Shown here piece after piece: positions 19,260 through 27,471 of a stretch of 64,000 nt of DNA. How positions within the stretch are numbered: the stretch's first letter is position 1; each line of letters starts with the position of its first letter. Both the position numbers and the translations under genes were made by a program. Source of the DNA: Chitinophaga pinensis (GTDB taxonomy: Bacteria > Bacteroidota > Bacteroidia > Chitinophagales > Chitinophagaceae). The stretch is from contig CALRVV010000004.1 of the NCBI GenBank assembly GCA_943371705.1, positions 157,858 through 221,857 of the forward strand, read 5' to 3'. The notes beneath the pieces are model-generated. The model was not told the origin of the DNA, did no database searches, and saw nothing but the letters and a program-made list of their open reading frames with translations.

Positions 19260-21443
19260 TCAAAATTTCAGATTTACACCCAGCATAAAATTGAATCCTG
19301 CCATCGGGAAATAAAAATTTTCTGTGGTTTGTTCTCCTCCATAAATATAGCTGAAGCTGTAGCCGTTGGGTTCGTACCTTTTATCAAATACATTGTTCAG
19401 CTGCAGTATTATATGGGTTTCCTTAAATATTTTATGTGTTATTACATAACTCAGCCTGATATCCTGTAGGTAATAGGGGTTCAGGCTTCTTGATTTCTGC
19501 GAAGTATTATCTAAATACTGCCTGCCTACCTGTTTGCTGATGAGGCTGATCTCTGCATTTTTTACCGGAATAAAATTTACGCTTCCCGAGGCAATTACCG
19601 CCGGTGAAAAAGAAATGGTTGTTTTGGGATAGAATTTTGTTTGCTGTCCGCCATTGTCATAATCATCCAAAAACTCGGTAAAGCCCTTTATTTTATTTTC
19701 ACTGAAACTGATATTGGCATTCACATTCATCCACCTGGCAAGAGTGGCTTTGCCCTGTAATTCAACCCCGGCACGGTAACTTTTTGCAATATTGGTACGG
19801 GTATAAGCACCTACATCATTTATTTTTCCGGTTAACACCAGTTGGTTTTGATAGTACATGTAATAGAAGTTAATGCCCACAGCATAGCCTGTACCTTTTT
19901 TTTCGGCACCTATTTCAATATCGTGTAACCGTTCGGGTTTGGGTTGCTGCGTATTGCCGGCTTCAAAATCATCCCGGTTGGGTTCTTTGCCTGCCAGTGC
20001 ATAGGAAATATAAGCCTGCCAGTTTTTGCCGGAATAGGTAATGCCAATTTTCGGATTCAGAAAAGTATAGTTTTGTGTGGTGTTTAATGCAGGGTTGTTT
20101 CTGAAACCATGAATGCGGTAATCCACCTTTCTGAGCTGCACATCGGCAAAACTTTGCCAGCCCGGCCTGCCGGCTTGCAGGTTGCGGCTCCACTGCTGGG
20201 TCCATTTGGTATACACCGAAAGATCTTTTTTGTATGCCGTTAGATCATACCAGCGGTAATTGGCCGGCACACCCGCCTGCAGGGCGGTCCATTTGATATC
20301 TCCAAAATGCCTGCCGTCATAGGCATTGTAGCTGCCGCCAAAGATCACCTGGGTTTTATTTTTTTTATATTGTAAAGAATAAATGGTGCCATAAAAAGCG
20401 TTATCCAGCCAAAGCCTTCTTACCAGGTCGGTTTCGGTTACGATGGTGGTGCCATTGTTGTAATCGGGTAAGCCATAGGCCCCAAATGCTTCCTGTGCTT
20501 TATATTGTTCATAATACCCCTTGCCCCGCGTTAAGAATAAAGCCACATTCCCTTTCCAGTAAGGGTTGAAACCATGGTTGTAAAAAAGCTGGTAATGCGT
20601 TTGTGTGTAATTGTCCGTTTCATTATCGTAAGGCTCTCCGGGTCTTTGGGTGCCGCTGGGGTTATTTGTGCGGTTTGTTTTCAATAAATTTTCTGCCACC
20701 CCGTTCCAGGCCTGGTAGGTTTTTTCTTTGCCCGAAAAAACATTCAGCCGTAAACTGTTCTTTTCATTTACATAGGCAGTGCTCAGGTAAAATGACTGCA
20801 GGTTTGATGTCGCCCGGTCTATATAACCATCGCTGCTGATGCGGCTTAACCGGCCATCCAGGGTAAAATGCTTACCCAGCATACCGCTTCCGAACTGTAT
20901 ATTGTTTTTTAAGGTATTGAAGGAACCAATGCTGTTGTTGGCAGCAACGTAAAATTCCCGGTTGAGTTCATTGGTGGCAATATTGATGGTACCGCCAAAG
21001 GCACCGGCCCCGTTTGTAGAGGTACCAACGCCCCGCTGCACCTGGATGCTGTTGGCCGAGGAAGCAAAATCGGGGAGGTCAACAAAAAATGTTCCCTGGC
21101 TTTCTGCATCATTATACGGTATGCCATTGAGGGTAACATTGATACGGGCGGCATCGGTACCCCGTATGCGTATGCCGGTGTAACCCACGCCATTGCCTGC
21201 ATCGGAATTAACGACCACAGACGGTGTCTGATTCAATAAAAATGGCAGGTCCTGCCCCAGGTTGTTCTTTGCAATTTCTTTTTTGGTAAGGTCTGTTTTT
21301 GCAAAGGGGGCATTTTCACCGGCCCTCACCGCCACCACTTCCAGCGGCTGCAGGTAGGCTGTATCATTGAATTTTTTTTCTTTTTGTGCAAATACAACAG
21401 AAATAATGGCGCACAGCAAGGCACTTAATAATAACTTCTTCAT
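19260..21443 (-). CDS. TonB-dependent receptor, probably thiamine uptake
   Basis: Signal peptide MKKLLLSALL...FAQ, plug RIRG...NVTLNGIP, C-terminal GVNLKF; TPP riboswitch upstream. The ORF-track 63-aa extension is riboswitch sequence. Confidence 0.9.
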   Translation of the reverse strand: MKKLLLSALLCAIISVVFAQKEKKFNDTAYLQPLEVVAVRAGENAPFAKTDLTKKEIAKNNLGQDLPFLLNQTPSVVVNSDAGNGVGYTGIRIRGTDAARINVTLNGIPYNDAESQGTFFVDLPDFASSANSIQVQRGVGTSTNGAGAFGGTINIATNELNREFYVAANNSIGSFNTLKNNIQFGSGMLGKHFTLDGRLSRISSDGYIDRATSNLQSFYLSTAYVNEKNSLRLNVFSGKEKTYQAWNGVAENLLKTNRTNNPSGTQRPGEPYDNETDNYTQTHYQLFYNHGFNPYWKGNVALFLTRGKGYYEQYKAQEAFGAYGLPDYNNGTTIVTETDLVRRLWLDNAFYGTIYSLQYKKNKTQVIFGGSYNAYDGRHFGDIKWTALQAGVPANYRWYDLTAYKKDLSVYTKWTQQWSRNLQAGRPGWQSFADVQLRKVDYRIHGFRNNPALNTTQNYTFLNPKIGITYSGKNWQAYISYALAGKEPNRDDFEAGNTQQPKPERLHDIEIGAEKKGTGYAVGINFYYMYYQNQLVLTGKINDVGAYTRTNIAKSYRAGVELQGKATLARWMNVNANISFSENKIKGFTEFLDDYDNGGQQTKFYPKTTISFSPAVIASGSVNFIPVKNAEISLISKQVGRQYLDNTSQKSRSLNPYYLQDIRLSYVITHKIFKETHIILQLNNVFDKRYEPNGYSFSYIYGGEQTTENFYFPMAGFNFMLGVNLKF

Positions 21444-21496
21444 CAATAAATAGTTAAACTGAACATCCGGGGGGAGTAATAATCTGCTTCGATATT

Positions 21497-21525
21497 CCTC
21501 CCCTTGGGGGAGGCTAGGAGGGGCC
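21497..21525 (-). repeat. GC-rich hairpin arm related to the DUF559-flanking repeat
   Basis: Minus strand GGCCCCTCCTAGCCTCCCCCAAGGGGAGG has the same CCCCTCC-spacer-CCCCC-loop-GGGG layout as the arms at 25401 and 60056. Confidence 0.55.
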
Positions 21526-21537
21526 TGAGCTGTATTT

Positions 21538-21640
21538 TCTCCCTTCGCAGGCATTATCCTGTGCAGGTTATCGGGTATTGTCTCAGCCTTTATGGTTATG
21601 TTACGTAATTTGAAACATAACAAAAAAAGCACCCCGGAAA
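21538..21640 (-). promoter_or_regulatory. TPP riboswitch
   Basis: Minus strand GGGGTGC...GGCTGAGACAATACCCGATAACCTGCACAGGATAATGCCTGCGAAGGGAG matches the TPP aptamer layout. Confidence 0.9.
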
Positions 21641-21839
21641 TTCAAACGGTTAAAAGAGCTTTAAAACACGAAGTTAAGGGAGTTTTAGATAAAATTTTAT
21701 AATAGTGTAACAAAACTACCTGCCCTTTCGTATAACTAAGCAAGTATAGCCACGAAACTGGTTTATCAAAGCAATCATATACAAATATGATTGCTTTGAT
21801 TTGATCGGTTCGTCTTTTTTTAATTTTAAAACTATAAAG

Positions 21840-22559
21840 ATGAAAAAATTATTAGTATCACTGGTTGCATTTATTTCCCTGACTGTCTTTGCACAGGAAA
21901 CCAGATTAATGAACGACGCCAATGCGATAACCCGCAGCTTAAACGGCAGTTTTACTGGTATTGCTGTTTCAAGCGGTGTTGAACTGTATATTACCCAGGG
22001 AAATGAAGAAGCTATTGCAGTAAGTGCATCAGAACAAAAGCACCTCGACCGTTTAAAAACAGAGGTTGTGAATGGTACGTTGAAAATTTATTATGACAAC
22101 AAAGGGGTTACCTGGAAATCAAATGGAAAGTCTAAATTGAAAGCTTATGTTTCATTTAAAACCCTGGAAAAATTAAATGTTTCAGCAGGTTCGGAAGTTA
22201 CGGTAAACGGTACTGTTAAATCTGATAAATTAAGAATGGATGTAAGCAGTGGTGCTGATTTTACAGGAGCCATTAATGTTACTGAACTTAATGCTGTTAT
22301 GAGCAGCGGAGCTGGGATTAAAGTTACCGGTACTGCAGGTAAATTAATTGTAGATGCCAGCAGCGGAGCTGATTTTAAGGGATATGATTTTGCAGTTGAC
22401 TTTTGTGATGCATCGGCCAGCAGCGGTGCCGACATACACGTTACCATTAACAAAGAACTGAATGCCAAAGCCAGCAGTGGTGGCGGTATTCAATACAAAG
22501 GCACAGCTCTTATCAGAGACATAAAAACCGGAAGTGGCGGATCTGTTAAAAAAAGATAA
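21840..22559 (+). CDS. Head GIN domain (DUF2807) protein
   Basis: Signal peptide; repeated ASSGA beta-solenoid motifs; start at MKKLL. Confidence 0.85.
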   Translation: MKKLLVSLVAFISLTVFAQETRLMNDANAITRSLNGSFTGIAVSSGVELYITQGNEEAIAVSASEQKHLDRLKTEVVNGTLKIYYDNKGVTWKSNGKSKLKAYVSFKTLEKLNVSAGSEVTVNGTVKSDKLRMDVSSGADFTGAINVTELNAVMSSGAGIKVTGTAGKLIVDASSGADFKGYDFAVDFCDASASSGADIHVTINKELNAKASSGGGIQYKGTALIRDIKTGSGGSVKKR

Positions 22560-22580
22560 TTTCAAATACAAATAAACGAT

Positions 22581-23297
22581 ATGAAAAAGTTTATATTAAT
22601 GCTGATGACGGTATGTACTGTGTTTACAGCAATTGCGCAAAAAGATATTGTTGTAGATCCCAACGCATCAGCAAGAACACTAACCGGTCAATTTGAAACA
22701 ATAAAAGTATCAGGCGGGATAGATCTGTATATATCACAATCAGATAAAATAGCGGCTGCAGTAAGCGCCTCAGCTGAAAACTATAAGGAGGAAATAAAAA
22801 CTGTAATAGAAAACGGCACACTTAAAATATTTTTTGATGGAAGTAAAGGCTGGACAAAAAAAGACCGTAAACTGCGTGTCTATGTATCCTTTACCGATCT
22901 TAAGAAACTGGAAGCATCGGGTGCCTGTGATGTTTTTGTAACAGGAAGTATTAGTACAACAACTTTGGTTTTACAAATGTCTGGTGCCTGCGACTTTAAA
23001 GGGTCGGTAAAACTAAATACGCTGGATATCAATCTGAGCGGTGCCTCCGATGCAAGGATATCCGGAACGGCAGGCTCCGTTAATATTAAAAGTACGGGTG
23101 CCAGTGATGTGAAAGGATATGATTTGATAACAGAATTTTGCAATGCAAATGCATCGGGTGCATCTGATATACATATTACCGTAAACAAAGAACTGAATGC
23201 AACAGCCAACGGTGCCAGTGATATTAAATACAAGGGTACTGCTGTTATTAAAGAAAAACACATCAATGGTGCCAGTAGTATTGTAAAGGTGAATTAG
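22581..23297 (+). CDS. Head GIN domain (DUF2807) protein, tandem paralog
   Basis: Signal peptide; ASGAS repeats; clear similarity to the preceding gene. Confidence 0.85.
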   Translation: MKKFILMLMTVCTVFTAIAQKDIVVDPNASARTLTGQFETIKVSGGIDLYISQSDKIAAAVSASAENYKEEIKTVIENGTLKIFFDGSKGWTKKDRKLRVYVSFTDLKKLEASGACDVFVTGSISTTTLVLQMSGACDFKGSVKLNTLDINLSGASDARISGTAGSVNIKSTGASDVKGYDLITEFCNANASGASDIHITVNKELNATANGASDIKYKGTAVIKEKHINGASSIVKVN

Positions 23298-23304
23298 GCC
23301 TTCC

Positions 23305-23360
23305 GCAAACCTATAAGGTTTTGCTTTGCTGCCTGGCCATGCTGCAAACCTGATAGGTTT
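23305..23360. repeat. Two REP-like AAACCT-N3/4-AGGTTT palindromes
   Basis: GCAAACCTATAAGGTTTTGC at 23305-23324 and GCAAACCTGATAGGTTT at 23344-23360, between convergent stops. Confidence 0.6.
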
Positions 23361-24216
23361 ATTTTCCAAAGGCCCATATCAAAAAGGCCGGCAATTGTTT
23401 GCTCCAGCTTTCATAATCATGCTTGCCGTTGGGTTCCTGTACAAAACGGATATCTTCGGGCAGGCAGATGTTTTTGTTTTTAATGATCTCAACCAGGTCG
23501 CGGGTATCATCAATCACATCAATGATGCTGTCTTTATCCCGGTCGCTTTCTTCTTCTTTGCCACCGGCATAAAACCAGTATTTAAGCGCTGCTTTTTTTC
23601 TGGATGACCTGATCTTATTATGCATGATCCGGTTTTTATCATCCGAATAATCAACCGCCTTATCATCCTTATCGCGCCACCAGAAGGAACCTGAGAAAAC
23701 ACCTGCCTTATCGATCTTATCGGCATGGTTCCAGGCAATATCAAAGGCCGATAAACCGCCCTGCGAGCAGCCGGCAATGACCACGGTTTTAAACTTACGT
23801 ACCGTTGCATTCTTTTTGGCAAAGGGGTACAGTTCGTTGTTGATGAACGCATCGTAATGATCAGCTTTATCACCCCGTTTTAAAAAATCCGGATTTCCGG
23901 CAACGCCATATTCTTTCATCCGGTCTCCGGCATGTACCCCTACGATCACCAATGGTTGTATCAGTTTTTTGCTGTATAGGCTGTCAATGATCTCCTTTAC
24001 CTTAAACTGTCCCATTTCCTGGCCGTCGTTCAGTATCAGTAAATTCAGTTCGGTTTTATCGCCGGGCACAGGGGTATTTATGATGGTTAATTTAACGTGC
24101 CGTTGCAGATGCCGGCTGTATAATTCATCATCCTGTTGTTTTATTTTTGATTTGCAGCCAAGGGCTGTAATCAGCCACAGTACTAAGATCAGGGGGAGTT
24201 TATATTCTTTAAGCAT
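23359..24216 (-). CDS. Esterase family alpha/beta hydrolase lipoprotein
   Basis: Lipobox ALGC; GCSQGG nucleophile elbow, FSGSFWW, C-terminal HDYESW; start at MLKEYK (the ORF-track extension runs antisense through the tRNA). Confidence 0.85.
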   Translation of the reverse strand: MLKEYKLPLILVLWLITALGCKSKIKQQDDELYSRHLQRHVKLTIINTPVPGDKTELNLLILNDGQEMGQFKVKEIIDSLYSKKLIQPLVIVGVHAGDRMKEYGVAGNPDFLKRGDKADHYDAFINNELYPFAKKNATVRKFKTVVIAGCSQGGLSAFDIAWNHADKIDKAGVFSGSFWWRDKDDKAVDYSDDKNRIMHNKIRSSRKKAALKYWFYAGGKEEESDRDKDSIIDVIDDTRDLVEIIKNKNICLPEDIRFVQEPNGKHDYESWSKQLPAFLIWAFGK

Positions 24217-24245
24217 ACCCAAATCTACTAAAGGATTGTTTAATA

Positions 24246-24277
24246 TTTGGCAGCGCAGGCATAAAACCTTAGTTTTG
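24246..24277 (+). promoter_or_regulatory. Bacteroidetes housekeeping promoter of the tRNA
   Basis: TTTG (24246-24249), 20-nt spacer, TAGTTTTG (24270-24277), just ahead of the tRNA. Confidence 0.8.
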
Positions 24278-24280
24278 CAC

Positions 24281-24352
<72 letters not shown>

Positions 24353-24375
24353 CACATGAAGAATACTGGCTCATT

Positions 24376-24389
24376 CCAGTCTTCGCAAC
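24376..24389 (+). repeat. 14-bp direct repeat of the tRNA 3' end
   Basis: CCAGTCTTCGCAAC identical to 24340-24353. Confidence 0.75.
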
Positions 24390-24393
24390 TAAG

Positions 24394-24428
24394 AAATCAG
24401 AAAGGCTCTACTGAGCCTTTTCTGATTT
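24394..24428 (+). terminator. Terminator after tRNA
   Basis: AAATCAG-AAAGGCTC-tact-GAGCCTTT-T-CTGATTT. Confidence 0.8.
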
Positions 24429-24533
24429 AAAACGAATTTTTATTCTCAGTACAGGTTGCTGATGAATTTGATTATCTCCTCCATTCTCTTTGCATGTTTG
24501 TGATAATCAATTTATTTAAAATGATCACATTCA

Positions 24534-25400
24534 ATGAAATCAGGTTTTGTAAACATATTTGGTAAGCCCAATGCAGGTAAAAGCACTTTGCTCAATGCGC
24601 TCATGGGCGAGAAGATGGCCATTGTATCGCACAAAGTGCAAACAACCCGGCATCGCATTAAAGCCATTTTAACCGAAAAAGATTACCAGATCATATTTTC
24701 TGATACGCCGGGCATCATTGAACCCAAATACAAACTGCACGAAAAAATGATGGATGCTGTCAGAGGCAGCCTGGAAGATGCAGATGTGGCTTTGCTGATA
24801 ACCGATGTACGGGAGAATACAGAAGAGAGCCATGCCATTTTCAGTTCGCTGCGGCTTAAGGCCCCGGCCATAGTTATTTTAAATAAAGCCGATACCGTTA
24901 ATGGGGAGCAGTTGAAAACAACCGCTGCTTTTTTTGAGGCACAGCCTTATTGCAAACAGGTGGTTTCCATATCGGCCTTGAAAAAAACAGGCATTGACGA
25001 ACTGTTAAAGGCCATTCTTACCTTTTTGCCCGAAGGTGCACCTTTTTATGAGGGCGATGACCTGAGTGATTTGCCCACAAAATTTTTTGTAAGTGAGATC
25101 ATCCGCGAAAAAATATTTTTATTGTACGGGGAAGAGATACCGTATCATGCAACCGTTTTGGTACAGGAGTTTAAAGAAAAGGCAAGTCTTACCAAAATAA
25201 GCGCCGAGATCATTGTGCAGCGTGAAACACAAAAGGGCATTATACTGGGCGGCGGTGGCAGCATGATCAAAAAACTGGGCACCGATGCCAGAAAGGATAT
25301 TGAAACATTTTTAGGCCGGAAAGTATTTTTGGAATTGTTTGTAAAAGTGCGGCCAAAGTGGCGGGATAATGAGTTTCAGTTGAAGGAGTATGGGTATTAA
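24534..25400 (+). CDS. era: GTPase Era
   Basis: GKPNAGKSTL, QTTR, DTPG, NKAD, KH domain EEIPY...IILGGGG. Confidence 0.96.
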   Translation: MKSGFVNIFGKPNAGKSTLLNALMGEKMAIVSHKVQTTRHRIKAILTEKDYQIIFSDTPGIIEPKYKLHEKMMDAVRGSLEDADVALLITDVRENTEESHAIFSSLRLKAPAIVILNKADTVNGEQLKTTAAFFEAQPYCKQVVSISALKKTGIDELLKAILTFLPEGAPFYEGDDLSDLPTKFFVSEIIREKIFLLYGEEIPYHATVLVQEFKEKASLTKISAEIIVQRETQKGIILGGGGSMIKKLGTDARKDIETFLGRKVFLELFVKVRPKWRDNEFQLKEYGY

Positions 25401-25570
25401 AAACCCCCTCCGCCCCCTGAAGGGGGAACCTGGAGTCTTAAATTAAAGACAGTATTTATTTACACTTAGGTACAATAAATGCTTAGATAAAAGTTTGATA
25501 TTTTTAATTTTTTAAAAAACTCTTAAAGGATCAGGGATCAAGTTCCCCCTTTAGGGGGCGGAGGGGGTTT
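25401..25570. mobile_element. Gene-less cassette bounded by DUF559-type inverted arms
   Basis: Left arm 25401-25432 and right arm 25539-25570 are 32-bp inverted repeats (2 mismatches) around about 105 bp of AT-rich non-coding DNA; arms match those at 60056 and 60510. Mobility is inferred. Confidence 0.65.
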
Positions 25571-25572
25571 TT

Positions 25573-26889
25573 ATGAGTTTCACAGTAGCAATAACAGGCA
25601 GGCCCAATGTGGGCAAAAGTACATTCTTTAACCGTTTGCTGGAGCAGCGTAAAGCCATTGTTGATGATATCAGCGGGGTTACCCGCGACCGGCAGTATGG
25701 CGTGGCCGAATGGGCTGGAAAATCCTTTAACGTAATTGATACCGGTGGCTTTGTGGCCGGCAGCAATGATGTGTTTGAAAAAGAAATACGCAAACAGGTG
25801 GTGATTGCCATTGAAGAAGCCAATGCCATTATTTTTATGGTAGATGCGGCAACCGGCATTACCGAACTGGATAACAGCATGGTTGATCTGTTGCGCAGAA
25901 GCAAGAAGCCGGTCTTTTTAGTGGTTAATAAAGTAGACAATCATGAACGGCTGATGGAAGCCAGTGAGTTTTATGCGCTCGGTTTCGAAAATATATTTTT
26001 TGTCTCCTCCATCAGCGGCAGCGGCACCGGCGAAATACTGGATGCCCTTACTGAAAAGATAAGCGAAAAGGATTCGGATGAAGCAGCAGCAGAAACAGAC
26101 CTGCCAAAAATTTCCATCATTGGCCAGCCCAATGTGGGCAAATCATCTTTACTGAATGCGCTGATCGGGCAGGAGCGCACCATTGTAAGTGATATTGCCG
26201 GTACCACCAGGGATACCATTCATACACACTACAATCTTTTTAACAAGGAGTTCATGCTCATTGATACGGCAGGCATCAGGCGCAAGACCAAAGTGCATGA
26301 AGACCTGGAGTTTTATTCGGTGATACGTGCCATTAAAGCGGTGGATGAATCGGATATATGCATGCTGATGCTGGATGCCGGCAAAGGCATTACTGCCCAG
26401 GACCTTTCTATTTTTTCGCTGGCCGTAAAAAAAGGAAAAGGTATTGTGGTGCTTGTTAACAAGTGGGACCTGGTGGATGAAAAGAAAACCAACACCACCA
26501 AAGATTATGAAAAGGAATTAAAGAAAAAATTTGCCCCTTTCAGTGATGTACCCATTATCTTTATTTCGGTTACCGAGAAGCAACGCATATTTAAAAGTAT
26601 TGAAATGGCGCTGGAAGTATTTGAGAACCGCAAGCGAAGAATACCCACCTCACAGCTGAATGAAGTGATGCAGAAAGTGATTGAGGCATACCGGCCACCG
26701 GTGGTTAGGGGCAACCAGTTAAAAATAAAGTATGTGACCCAGTTGCCTACCTTTACACCCAGCTTTGCATTTTTCTGCAATTATCCCGATGATGTAAAAA
26801 CACCTTATAAAAATTACCTGGAGAACCAGTTGCGTGAAAACTTTAATTTTACGGGTGTGCCGGTGAGGTTGTTTTTCAGGAAGAAATAG
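25573..26889 (+). CDS. der: Ribosome biogenesis GTPase Der (EngA)
   Basis: Two GTPase domains GRPNVGKST and GQPNVGKSS, DTGG/DTAG, C-terminal KH-like domain. Confidence 0.96.
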   Translation: MSFTVAITGRPNVGKSTFFNRLLEQRKAIVDDISGVTRDRQYGVAEWAGKSFNVIDTGGFVAGSNDVFEKEIRKQVVIAIEEANAIIFMVDAATGITELDNSMVDLLRRSKKPVFLVVNKVDNHERLMEASEFYALGFENIFFVSSISGSGTGEILDALTEKISEKDSDEAAAETDLPKISIIGQPNVGKSSLLNALIGQERTIVSDIAGTTRDTIHTHYNLFNKEFMLIDTAGIRRKTKVHEDLEFYSVIRAIKAVDESDICMLMLDAGKGITAQDLSIFSLAVKKGKGIVVLVNKWDLVDEKKTNTTKDYEKELKKKFAPFSDVPIIFISVTEKQRIFKSIEMALEVFENRKRRIPTSQLNEVMQKVIEAYRPPVVRGNQLKIKYVTQLPTFTPSFAFFCNYPDDVKTPYKNYLENQLRENFNFTGVPVRLFFRKK

Positions 26890-26952
26890 TTTTTAGTTCT
26901 TAGTTCTTAGTTTTTAGTTTTTAGTTCTTAGTTTTTAGTTTTTAGTTTTTAG
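26890..26952 (+). repeat. Heptamer tandem array, 9x TTYTTAG
   Basis: Starts on the base after the der TAG, in phase with it. Confidence 0.9.
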
Positions 26953-26999
26953 TTTGTGGACTGTCGTCTTTTACATTATAAAATCAAAAAATAAAGTAA

Positions 27000-27197
27000 A
27001 TGAAAAAATTATTAGCCATTGTAGCCATCGCTTCTTTTTTAGCAGCCTGTAATAACAGCAGCGAGGAAACAACTACCGGTTCAAAAGATTCAATTTCGGC
27101 AGATTCGCCATTGATGGATGCGGTGAATACAGCTGATAGTGTAAGCAAAAAAATAGAAGATAGTACCGTTAAAATAAAAGATAGCATAATGAAATAA
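27000..27197 (+). CDS. Small lipoprotein
   Basis: MKKLLAIVAIASFLAAC lipobox, Ser/Thr/Asp-rich tail. Confidence 0.8.
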   Translation: MKKLLAIVAIASFLAACNNSSEETTTGSKDSISADSPLMDAVNTADSVSKKIEDSTVKIKDSIMK

Positions 27198-27471
27198 TAC
27201 ATTGCCTCTTTTCTATGTTACAAAATGTATACAATGATTGGTGCCATAAAATTCAATGAAATGCTTTTTGTAAAAAAGTAATAATTGAAGGGTGGGTATA
27301 GTTTTTTTAAGGCTCTGCAACCGGGGGCTTTTAATATGTTATTTCCAAAAGTATTTTCAATTATATTTGCTTACAACCTTTTAAAACTACCCCTTATTCA
27401 TGTAAAACCTGAAACCTGCTGATTGTAAAATCAGACTGTTGATATAAACAACATTCATATATTAAACAGGT

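Noticed and set aside
21444-21632. 63-aa N-terminal extension of the TonB receptor in the ORF track
   Set aside because: It translates the riboswitch and repeat arm; the signal peptide starts at 21443.
25434-25538. Homology between the empty cassette interior and the DUF559 cassette interior
   Set aside because: Only short AT-rich matches (AATAAATGCT, TGGAGT) that could be chance; not enough to call a deletion breakpoint.
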